Positions 1 to 10,800 of a DNA stretch of 55,449 bases are shown piece by piece (the stretch's first letter is position 1; each line of letters opens with the position of its first letter). The stretch spans positions 1-55,449 of IMG/VR virus record IMGVR_UViG_3300042564_001643. One strand, written 5' to 3'. The notes beneath the pieces are model-generated. The model did no database searches. It worked only from the letters and a program-made list of their open reading frames with translations, and was not told the DNA's origin. The position numbers and the translations under genes are program-made. The stretch comes from a virus. Taxonomy: Duplodnaviria > Caudoviricetes.

Positions 1-1
1 A

Positions 2-3000
2 TTGATCAATGTCAACATATAAATGGTTGTCATCACCTTTTCCTCTACCTATTACAATTCCACCTTCAACATGTGCACCAAATGAAGCTGACTTAGATGC
101 ATGACGCATGAATTCTTGCAAACCACCCTTAAGCATCATGTGCATCTCTTGGATGAACTTACCATACTTATCAAGTGAAGTTGTATTAGCACCAGTTACA
201 TTATCATCTAACTGTGTACCAGATACTGCGTTCAATGCAAAGACACGGTCTCTTCTTCTATCAAACTTCTCATCCTGTGTATCCAAAATAAACAAACTGT
301 TTAATACTTTGGATCTCATTGTAAATGTATTGTTGTTAGGATTCAAGTAACTCATGTACTGATATTTATCAGTCTTCCATAAATCTTGAATGTTTTTTAC
401 ATCATTAATAGCATGCACTTGCATACTAGCTGAGAAATCTTCTGTATGTTCAAATACTAGTTTTCTTTCAGCATTTAATACACTGAAGTTTGAAGAGTCA
501 GCACCATATCTACCTTGTAGCTCAGCTAACTTTTCAATAAGGTTTTTCTCAAGTACTTCTTTTGGTCCTAGAATTCCTGCAGGAATTACTTTAGTCAAAG
601 TAGTAATTGGGTCTTCCTTAAACTTCTTAACATATTCTTTAGCTTCCTTAGATGCATTAACATCATTATCAAGCTCATTGAATTTTTTAACTACTTTGAA
701 TAGATATTCTAATCCATATACATGTGGATTATTTTCTAATGCATCCTTGATGACTTTAAGGTCATCTAACTGAATACCAATAGCTCTTACAAACTCCCAA
801 GATTTTTTAGTATCAAATCTTCCATTGGGAGCAAATGTTTTTACAATGTTATCTAGCTTAAGTATAGAGTTGTTCTTATCTGTCTTACTAATAAAGTTAT
901 TAGCATCAGCTGCTTTAAACTTATTCTTAAACTTATAAATTACACTAGACACTTGATTAGAAGCTTCAGTTACTTCAGCTGCATAGGTACCATCACTTTG
1001 TTTAAACCATGTAACCTGGATATAAGATATTCTTGGTTTCTTAAATGACTGCCAGAAACCTGTAGTAATAGCCATCTCAGCAGCATTCTTAACCTTACTT
1101 GGATTAGGTAACTTATAGTCTACCAATTGTCTAAGTTCAGGAAATGTACGTGCTGTGTCACTTAGTTTTTGGAACATGATTTCAGGATCCTTAACTCCAC
1201 CAATAGCGCGTACTACATTATTCCATACAGTAGGAAAATCTGCTAACTCATCAAATCCTAAACGGTTCTTTTGTCTTCTGTTTGTAGAGTCTACTTTGAA
1301 TAAACTCTTAAGAATGTACAAAGTATCTTGATCAGCTAACTGATCTAGTGACTTATCATTTATATTTGATTCTTTAAATAGTGCTGTGTTCTCAACATCT
1401 TCGGGAGCTGCAGACTCATTTTCCTCAGATTCAATCTCAACAACTGTAGCTTTTTGTCTTAAAGTCTCAAATGTACTTTTTTCCATATGGTATTTTACAA
1501 TACCTGATTTAGCATCACCCCAGTTATTAATTGTTGCAGTAAAGATACGAATGTTGTCTTTTAACAACTCTTGTCTAGCATCTTGCTCAGCATTCTGTGG
1601 TGTACCAATAGCTTTAATCTCATCAAGTGCAGCATTTAACTTAGTAATGAATGTTCTCTTAGCCATTGTATAAGCTGCCTCACGGTTACTGATACCATCT
1701 TTAGTAAAGTATTTATCACTTAAGATTGCTACAGTACCAGCTTTGTTACCTGTGTTCTTAGCATTAACATCAATAATATTTGAGAATACAGAGTCAATTG
1801 ACTGTGCTACAAGTTTACCATCTTGTGAATTAAAAACTTCTTGATCTTTGTTAGCAATAGATTCAGGCCCTCTGTTGAGCATGTCCCACATTACATTATC
1901 CACAAGTGGTGTATAATTCTTAAGTAAGTTTGGATTCTTGTCAGCAAAGTATAACTTCTCATACAATTCTTTAACAGACCTAACCTCTGAAACATTATTA
2001 ATATTTTTCTTGTTACCAAAAAGCTTCTTTAAGAAGTTAAGTATTCTTCTAAAGATTGTATTGCGTTTAGGCATACTCTTATTTGCCTTTGGATCAAGGG
2101 CATAAGTTCTAAAATCTTCAGCAATTAATTCTTCAAGCTGTAAGAAACTTAAGTTCTTCCATTTAGGATTACTGTTTCTTACTTCATTATATAAAGCTAC
2201 TTTCTCTTTCTTAGTCAAGAATAACTGAGAGAATGCATGCCATGCTTCATGGTATACATCTACATAGTTACCATTAGCAGCTTTATTTATTTCAATCTTA
2301 GCAAGCGTCCCTGGAGTTGCCAACTTTTTACCGGACGCTACAAATCTTGCAAATGCATTTGAATTTACAATGTTTGCCATATGCTCAATACTCACAAACT
2401 TAGATAATGGTGAACTATTCCACCAATCCTTAGCTGCATCAACTTGTTCTTGAGTTACATTGTTTGGTAACTTAGCATCTCTTTCAAGTCCAAATACAGG
2501 AAACTCATCATCATCTGGAGTATTCATGTCATCTGGAGCCAAGATTGCTTTGTCTTGTTCTTCAATAGATGTTTCTACTGGGATCTCATATTCAGGTGTA
2601 GCTACTACTTCTTCTGTAGCATCAATAACTTCATCACCTTTGCTGTAACCTTTCTCTTGTACATATCCAATAAACTTATTGCCCACATATACACTTACAG
2701 GATCAGCATAAAACACACCATTACTTCCAGTCATAGGGCCAGCTAATACTAATGTAGCTACTTTACCCTCATACATTTCAGGTGTCTCATTAGTATTATG
2801 GTTATAGAAGTTTACTACAGATCCTTTTGAGTCTGTAAACTGCCACTGTGTTTGAGTAGTGTTACCTGCAGCATTCTCCGGTTTAGAGATTGTACCTGTT
2901 ACTTCTTTACCTTGTCCTAATGCTTCAACAATTGCAGCTTTCTTTTCTGCAATAGTTAAGTTCTTTTGAACTTCAGCTATGGCTTCATCTACTCTTTTAG

Positions 3001-4867
3001 TATATACTTGATCAAGACCAAAGTGCATATAACTATTAAAGAATCCAGGATCTTTATTTTCAACAAGATATACTTCTGTATCTGTATATGACATAATAAG
3101 ATCAACATAGTTTGATGGTCTTCTATTCAAAGTCCCAGTCTCCATATTATAATCATAGTAAGCATTATCAATTAATGCTTTCTGATTGTATGTCATCTTA
3201 CTTGGTAATTTCTTTTTGTAGTAGTTACCCTCCATTAAACCATTAAAAATAGTATCAAAGTTTTCTGGTACAAGGGGAACTTTTACAAAGTCATTTTTCT
3301 TTATACCTTTTAATTGTGCTTCTGATACTGGCAACGGTCTAAAACTAATTTCTAATTCTTTTGTTTCTTTATTGTAATAGATATTGTACTTCTTAACTTT
3401 TTCTGAAATATTATTATTCATGAAATAAGATATGAAAGTATACTTATCTTTATTGGAAAGCTTAGACATAGTTAGAGCATGAGCAATTTTATTTGCTATC
3501 TCTTTAGTCATATCAGCTCTATCTATCTGAAACTCAGATCCGTTAAGCTTTATAGTATAATTACCTTTTTCAAAACCATCTCTAGGTTCTTTCACAGGAC
3601 GGATACCTTGGAAGTTTTCCTTAGTAACAAATGGTAGATTTTGAATTTGTCCAAATGTTGGTCTATTTATAACTAGCTCAACTGGTACACCAAGACTAAC
3701 TCCTGTTAAAGCAATTGTTTTTGATTCACCTTCTTTAGTTATTTTATCTGTGAATTCTTTGATAGCTCTAAAGTCAGCTTGTTGTTCTCTGTCAATTTCT
3801 GCAATGACTTCTTCTTTAGACGTACCTATGTCAACTAAGTAATCAGCATACTCATCATCTGACATTTTCATGTTTCTTGCTTGACCATTGTAGATTTCTT
3901 CCGGAGTTTGGATCATATCTACTTGACCATAAATATCAGTAGCTCTGAGTCTTGATGAGTTCTTTGCATCAACTCTTATGTTTCTCATGAACTGATATAC
4001 AATCTGGCCACCTTCGGCTTCCGTAGTAATGTTACCGTCTTGATCAAAGTATAATAAGTATCCTTGATCATCTGAAAGAATAAGAGCTACTCTTTCATTT
4101 GCCTGTGCCACTTTTTCAGTACCTACTTTAGCAGAACCCTGATTGCGGACAACCATTTTACTTTTAACTACTTCAGCTCTAGTAGTTTCATCTAACATAG
4201 ATTCTTTTACATCAGATAGTCTAACAGCTTTTAGCTTTAGTACTTTACCTTGATATGTAATGTTACCATCAAAGTAACCTGATGTACCATCAAAGTTATC
4301 TCTAATTCTTGCTAGTGTATTATAAATACGCATTCTAGCAGGATCAACTACTTGTTTATCTACTACACCTTTTTGTCTTGGGTCAATCTTAACAAACTCA
4401 ACAAATGTAGATGACATTGCAGTAAACGGCTTTAATCTTTCTGTGTCAACTGCAGTAGACTCACCTTCAGATTCTTTTACTTCATTGTCTGAAATATTGA
4501 TACTAGCTACTTGATTCAAAATAGAGTTAGCATCAGGAGCTGGTGCATACTTATCCAATACAAAGTTTAGTCCTGTGTCAGGATTCTTAAACTTAGAAAT
4601 CATTTTTCTAACTGGATCAGTTGCCATATCAAGATCTACCAGTTGATTTGTACCGGCAGCAGCATAGATTAAAGTTGGTAACTGTTGTACAAACTTAGCA
4701 GCTGTTTCAGGATTAGTAGCTGAAGCAATTTCATCAAACATATTTTTCATAAATAGCTCAGCATCAAAAGCTTCTGCAGCTTCTAATGAGTCACTCATTA
4801 CTTTATATGTATATTGAAATAATTCTTTAAGTTGGGATGCAGTTAATGCACAAGTAATTTTTGCCAT
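2..4867 (-). CDS. Giant virion/cargo protein, N-terminal >=1622 aa (runs off window), with zincin-like metalloprotease motif; candidate virion RNA polymerase polypeptide
   Basis: Not in the ORF track because it has no stop inside the window. ATG at 4867 reads MAKITCALTASQLKELFQY. The same frame gives VDVYHEAWHAFSQL (first His codon at 2251) and downstream QLEELIAEDF, i.e. HExxH...EExxAE. Its position after the large cargo genes matches giant crAss-like RNAP/protease proteins. I spot-checked the frame rather than translating every codon, and I saw no RNAP catalytic DxDxD motif in the window. Confidence 0.75.
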   Translation of the reverse strand, partial: MAKITCALTASQLKELFQYTYKVMSDSLEAAEAFDAELFMKNMFDEIASATNPETAAKFVQQLPTLIYAAAGTNQLVDLDMATDPVRKMISKFKNPDTGLNFVLDKYAPAPDANSILNQVASINISDNEVKESEGESTAVDTERLKPFTAMSSTFVEFVKIDPRQKGVVDKQVVDPARMRIYNTLARIRDNFDGTSGYFDGNITYQGKVLKLKAVRLSDVKESMLDETTRAEVVKSKMVVRNQGSAKVGTEKVAQANERVALILSDDQGYLLYFDQDGNITTEAEGGQIVYQFMRNIRVDAKNSSRLRATDIYGQVDMIQTPEEIYNGQARNMKMSDDEYADYLVDIGTSKEEVIAEIDREQQADFRAIKEFTDKITKEGESKTIALTGVSLGVPVELVINRPTFGQIQNLPFVTKENFQGIRPVKEPRDGFEKGNYTIKLNGSEFQIDRADMTKEIANKIAHALTMSKLSNKDKYTFISYFMNNNISEKVKKYNIYYNKETKELEISFRPLPVSEAQLKGIKKNDFVKVPLVPENFDTIFNGLMEGNYYKKKLPSKMTYNQKALIDNAYYDYNMETGTLNRRPSNYVDLIMSYTDTEVYLVENKDPGFFNSYMHFGLDQVYTKRVDEAIAEVQKNLTIAEKKAAIVEALGQGKEVTGTISKPENAAGNTTQTQWQFTDSKGSVVNFYNHNTNETPEMYEGKVATLVLAGPMTGSNGVFYADPVSVYVGNKFIGYVQEKGYSKGDEVIDATEEVVATPEYEIPVETSIEEQDKAILAPDDMNTPDDDEFPVFGLERDAKLPNNVTQEQVDAAKDWWNSSPLSKFVSIEHMANIVNSNAFARFVASGKKLATPGTLAKIEINKAANGNYVDVYHEAWHAFSQLFLTKKEKVALYNEVRNSNPKWKNLSFLQLEELIAEDFRTYALDPKANKSMPKRNTIFRRILNFLKKLFGNKKNINNVSEVRSVKELYEKLYFADKNPNLLKNYTPLVDNVMWDMLNRGPESIANKDQEVFNSQDGKLVAQSIDSVFSNIIDVNAKNTGNKAGTVAILSDKYFTKDGISNREAAYTMAKRTFITKLNAALDEIKAIGTPQNAEQDARQELLKDNIRIFTATINNWGDAKSGIVKYHMEKSTFETLRQKATVVEIESEENESAAPEDVENTALFKESNINDKSLDQLADQDTLYILKSLFKVDSTNRRQKNRLGFDELADFPTVWNNVVRAIGGVKDPEIMFQKLSDTARTFPELRQLVDYKLPNPSKVKNAAEMAITTGFWQSFKKPRISYIQVTWFKQSDGTYAAEVTEASNQVSSVIYKFKNKFKAADANNFISKTDKNNSILKLDNIVKTFAPNGRFDTKKSWEFVRAIGIQLDDLKVIKDALENNPHVYGLEYLFKVVKKFNELDNDVNASKEAKEYVKKFKEDPITTLTKVIPAGILGPKEVLEKNLIEKLAELQGRYGADSSNFSVLNAERKLVFEHTEDFSASMQVHAINDVKNIQDLWKTDKYQYMSYLNPNNNTFTMRSKVLNSLFILDTQDEKFDRRRDRVFALNAVSGTQLDDNVTGANTTSLDKYGKFIQEMHMMLKGGLQEFMRHASKSASFGAHVEGGIVIGRGKGDDNHLYVDIDQ

Positions 4868-4871
4868 GATG

Positions 4872-7800
4872 TTAGCACTCTAAGTTTTTGAATAATTTAT
4901 CTTTTAAGTTGGAAGCTTCAGTATCACCAATTTCTTCAATTGCTTTATTAACTGCAGCAGGATCTTGAATAAAGGCATCAGCTATATCATTTGACTCAAT
5001 AACTTTTTCTTTATCAGCCTGATCAAGTATTGGTGTTGCTTCCACCGGAACTATATTTGTTAGTGCTTCCATATTAGTTAAAAATTCTTCAGCCTCATCA
5101 AAACTAACTTGATGTGGCTTATTACCATACTTTAATGTAATCATTTTTTTGCTACCATCAACCCTTGTAACAGTTAATTCTGTACCCTTTCCAGCAAATA
5201 AAAGATTCTTGTTAAAGATATCAATTTTTGCAATAACAGTTGCACCTACAGCAAAACTTGTTGCAGGCATATCTATAGATTCAGGAGTTTCAAGCTGTTT
5301 AATTTTTTCTTCAAACTTAGCTTTTAGTATAGCTCCATCAGCAGCACTGATTCTACCAACTGTTTGGAATCCTCTTAGTATAGCTCTGTAAGATCTTAAC
5401 TCATCCATATTAGGAAGTGCTTCAATAGCAGCAAGTGCCTCCTCTAATGAATATGTTTTACCTTCTAGTTCATTCTCAATATCAGCCATTACATCAGGAG
5501 TAAATGTTAACTTAGATACAGTGACTGCATCTTTAGCTAAGTCTTCTTCTGCTTCTTGAGTTTTCTGTGCTGTAGTAGCAGTAGTATTCATTGTGCTACC
5601 TGGCATAGGTCCACCAGAAGCTGGGTCAGACATTTTAGCTTCAGGATCAAATACTTCACCATCTGCAGTTGTACTAATCAACTCATTCAAATAACGGATT
5701 TGTCTAGTATACTTATCTAATGCACGGTTAAGTTCAGCAAGTCTTTTATTTTCTTGTTCTTTAACTTCTTCTGCAAACTCTACATTATCCATAGTCTTAA
5801 GTAGCTCATTTTGAACTCCTTGGAACTGTCTAGATAATTCAGGATACTCTGCAAGTCTTTCCATATCTTCCGGATTAGTAGAGTTAATTAACTCACCTAA
5901 CTTCTCTTGTGATAATGGTTCATACCCTGTTGTATCCATGAACTTGTTATACTTAGCATCAGCCTTTTTCCAAATCTTAAGATACTCATTCAAGTACTGT
6001 AATGACTTACCAATTGCATTTTTAATTGCTGCAATAAGCTTCTCAATAGTACCCATCTTTTTCTGGATCTTTTTAATCTTAGCTTCAATCTCGTATTTAG
6101 ATAGTGTCTCCATATTAGGATCAGCTATCAAACTGTTATAGTAATCAATCTGATTACCTAAATCATCTTTAAGTGACTCAAGTAATTCAATCTCATACTT
6201 AAGATTGCGTATTGTATTTAGAATAACATCAGCCTCACGGAACTCATTTCTAATTTGACTCTTAAGATTAGCAATCATTGCTGCAGTACTCTGACCTCTC
6301 TTAGTTTTCTTAGATGAAGATGACTTGATAACTTTCTCAAGTGTACTAATACTATCAAGTAATCTCTTAACTTCAGATTCAGATAAATCTACACTAGACT
6401 CTAAAAGATTATTAAGATAACCCAAAGTATCATTCATTGCAGAAAGCTCATTAGAAGCCATCTTTTCACGTGCCTTGAGCATATTGATTCTATTCTGAAT
6501 GCTCTTACCGTTTCTATCTCTTCTCATCTCATTAATGATCTGAGTTTCAATTTCTGCATCATCCATTAAGACTGGCTCCATAGCAAGTTTAGCATACTTA
6601 TTCAATAAAGGTTTTGCTTGATCTCTATCATTGAAAGTCTTTGCCTCTTCAATTTCTGCTTGAGTCATTAACTCTAACATAGCATCACTGAAACCAAGAG
6701 CTCTCAGTTTCTTAAGAGCTTCAGGAGAAAGTGCAGTAGCTATTTTAATACCCGGAACTTCTTCATCACCTGTAACAGGATCAATGTATACTTTAGGAAT
6801 TAAGTTATCAATTCTGTCTTGTACTTTAGAAGTATCAAGCATAATACTAAATGTACCAGGTTTTAGGGCAGAAGATGTTGGTTTTGATGCAGTATTAACT
6901 TTACCAGTTTCAGTATTTAATGTAAGCTGTACTGGTAAGATACCTACCTTAGATACTTCAAGACCTATCATTCTATATAATAGGTTAGCATATGCTGCTT
7001 GCTGAAGCTCATAGTCTTCAGATTTATTCTCTGCATATTCAGCTTTAGCTCTTACAGCTTCATCCTTAGATGCTTTTCTATCCTTATATAAATCTGTACC
7101 AACCCAGCCGTCCCATTTATCTTTGCTACCTGTCTTAAGGTCAATGATGTACACATTACCGTTTTGATCAGCAACAATTAAATCTATCTCACCTGCAATA
7201 CCTAATTCTTCATCATATACTCTAAGTCCTCTAGATAGTATAATCAACTCATTAGAGTCAACTCTAGCTTTGATTTGAGCTAAAGAACCTTTAGGAAGAT
7301 TAGTCTTTGGATCTACTTCAGTGCTGAATAAATTATCAAAAGCTTCTCTTGTAATGTTTTCTTCATTGAACTCCAATGGTAAATCCTCAAACAAGTTTTT
7401 AACTTGAGCATCAATATAATTTCCTGCTGTTCTATTTGCTTCAAATGTATTCTCTAATGAATATGCAAGAAGTCTATTGTATAACTCTTCAGGTGTATCA
7501 CTTTGATTTGCTATTAAAAGATCAGCAACCTCAAGATAATTTTTAGAATTAAATCCTGGAGGGTTATTTGTTTTTAGAGCAGCAATAAATAGATTTACTT
7601 TAGCATCAAAAGACAATGGTCTACCTTCTCCATCTTTTAGATTAGCATTACCAAAAATCTTGTACACTTCTTTTTCAAGTGTTCCTTTACCAATGTAATC
7701 ATACTGTTTGCTTTTAAGAGGAGCAATTTTTCTTGTTACACTATCATATTCTTTACCGTCAATAATGTAAACATGTCTGTCATCATCTCTTGTAATCTTG

Positions 7801-10800
7801 TCTTGTGTTTCTAGTAATGCATCTAGTTTAGACTTAGCTTCTTTTAATTTAGGACTTAGTCCAGCTAAACCACGTGTTCTGATTAAAGCTTCAAACTTAT
7901 TAATCAATGCAGTATGACTGTTTAAAAGATTTTTCTCATCAGTTGTCAAGTTACCTTTCTTCTGAAGATCAGCTTTTAATCCTTCAAATGTTTTGATGTA
8001 TGTTCTTACTTGCTTAGTAGTAAGGTTTCCAGTGTCTATAGTACTACCGTTGAATAGGAACTCAAAGTCTTCTTGTTCTCCGGATAACTTAGTAGCATAT
8101 TTTAAACGTGCTTGTTTGTTATACTGATCAATCAATTGTGCTGCAGCATCTTCTGTTGCAACAAAATCAGTAAACAAGTTCATTACTTGATCATCAGTCA
8201 TTAACTCAACTTGCTCTGGATCCATTTGATCTAAGACTGTTGTTTGAAATAACTGTTGAAGTTGACTGTATAGCTCTGGCTCTCTACTTTGTATATCTTC
8301 AATAGGAGTACTAGGTAGAATAGCATTATAGCTTTGAGCATTCATTGCTTGTTTTTTAGCAGCATATCTTTCATATACTTCTTCAATCAATGCATCATAC
8401 TTTTCTTTAATAGTTTGTACTTCATCCGGATTAGGAATCATGTCATACTTAAAGCGTACAGCAGCTGTGTAAGGTGTTGTATCTCTTTTGATATTAACTT
8501 CTTCACCTTCAGCATTATCAAACTTTAATGTACCACCATCATTGTAGTATGTAATAGTTTGTCCATCAGCAAAACTTAACTCAATATACTCACCCGGTTG
8601 AACTTCTTTAGCTGCCTCTTTTAATGAAATAGTTTTACCTTTAGCAATCTCAACAGGTGCAATATTTACTCTACCCTCTTCTTTTTCTAATGCATCAATC
8701 TCAGCTTTCATCTTCTTCTGAAGATCATCAATTTCTTTTTGCATTTCAGGATCAAGCTTGTTAGCATTGATACTTTCTTGAATCTGAGATAGTAAAACAA
8801 ATTTCTCTATAATAGAGTAGTACTTATCATTATCAGCAGTGATTACTTTTCCTTTACCATCATAAAATTCTGTAGGTAGTACACCCTCATTAATGTATGC
8901 ATCTAACTGGTCAAGGTCTACATAGATATCCTGGTTAGCTAATGCATTGAGTAAATCATTATGCTCCTTTGCTTTCAACTGAGCCTCAACCATTTGGTCA
9001 AAATACTCTTTTCTATTCTTGTAAACGCGCTCCATCCACTCATTGTTTCTGTTAACAGCGTCTAAGAATCCTTGTGGATTAGATAATACATCTACATGTC
9101 TAGCAAGTAAACGTCCTTGCTCACCAAGTGCATAGTAGTCTTTGAGTTTAGAAAAAGCATTATCCATATCTCTATCAAAGATATGTGAGTCATTATAGTC
9201 TCCTAATAGTTTAAGATATTCTTTATAAGCACTCTCAAGTCCTGAGTTTACTTTGATATCATTCTCTTCTGTTCTCTTACCAATTTTCTTATCTAGTAAT
9301 GCATCAATCTCCTCTTGAGTAACATCTTCAGGATTTTTACCTGTAGCTTCAGCAATATCTTCTCTTGCTGCATCAGCAAATTTATGTCTTTGAGTGTAGC
9401 TATTATATGAACTAAACTTATCAAGATAGTTTTCTAAAGCTTTGATCTTTTTCTTCTTATGCTCATAGTCTTTTTTAGACTGAGGATCCGTCATAGTTTT
9501 TAAACCTTCTACTTCAGATTTAAGAATACCAATCTCAGATCCAATCTTATCTACACTAAATAACATTTGAATGTCATTAGCAGCTACTTTAGCTAGTGCA
9601 GGATCAGCAGTAATAGTATCATAAATACTTGCCATTCTTTGATTTACATCATCAAATGATTGATGTGAAAAAATAGCTTCGCGTTTAGCATATTCCCATG
9701 CACTATTTAAAAGTGCAGCTTTTTCATAGTTAGGGTCTTCTTTATCTATTTTACTAAGGTCAACTGGATTTGGAAACTGTTCATTAACTCTTTTGTATTT
9801 AGCTTCAATGCTTTTAGTTTTTTTAATAATACTGTCAAGCTTAGCTTGATACTTAGCACCTTCACCTTTTTCATATCCAAAAGCTTCTTCAAACTCTTCA
9901 GGTGAATATTGTTTGAATGATTCAAGTTGATCAGTAAATAAATTAAGAGTATTAGTATCTAGTGCTGCGTATACTGCAGAGATAAGTGCTTCATCTTTTT
10001 GATCTTTTCTTTGCATTTCATCTAGGTCTCTTTCAGCATTATCTGCAATACTACCTTGTACACCATAGTTAAATATCTTAGAATCAAATAATGTTTCAGG
10101 ATCAGTTTCTGCTAATAGATTAAGTTTTGCAGCAATACCTTTACCATATGAATTTCTTAACTCAGCATATTTTGCAGATTCTTCTTTATTAAAGTAATGG
10201 TTATAACCATACTGCATAGCTTCAAAGGTCTTATTCATTCCTCCACCAAACATTCCCATAAAGAATCCGGAAGCAAATGTTTCAAAACCTTTACCACTAA
10301 ATTGCTCACCTATTCCATCAGTAAGATAAGCTGACAAACCTTTATTAAATTGATGTGATGCTGCACCTGTTTCTTTATAGTAGTTATGTGTGTAATAGTT
10401 CTCCATTGCCATAGAAATTGCTTCTTGAGCATTTTCCTGAAGTGCTTCAGTAATATTAGTTTTAAAATAACCACCAACACCTTTTAGTGTTTGACGTATA
10501 GGTTGACTTTTAAAGTTCTTAAGTGATGTCATAAGACCATCCTTAACATATTCAAAATTACCCTGAAGTAATCTTTTACTTTTTGCTTCAGCTGTTTCCT
10601 TTACTCCTTTTTCTGCTACTTCTTTATAGATAACTTTACCACCTTTCATTTGTAGTACATCATCTATTTTATTCTTAAAGTAACCACCACCCATAGACTT
10701 TCTACCTAAGATACTTGGGAAAGTAATTTTGTTTGATCCGTAGATTAATGCTGTATTCCACATTACTGTACTCATGCCAGCTTCTGTAGATTTATTTATC

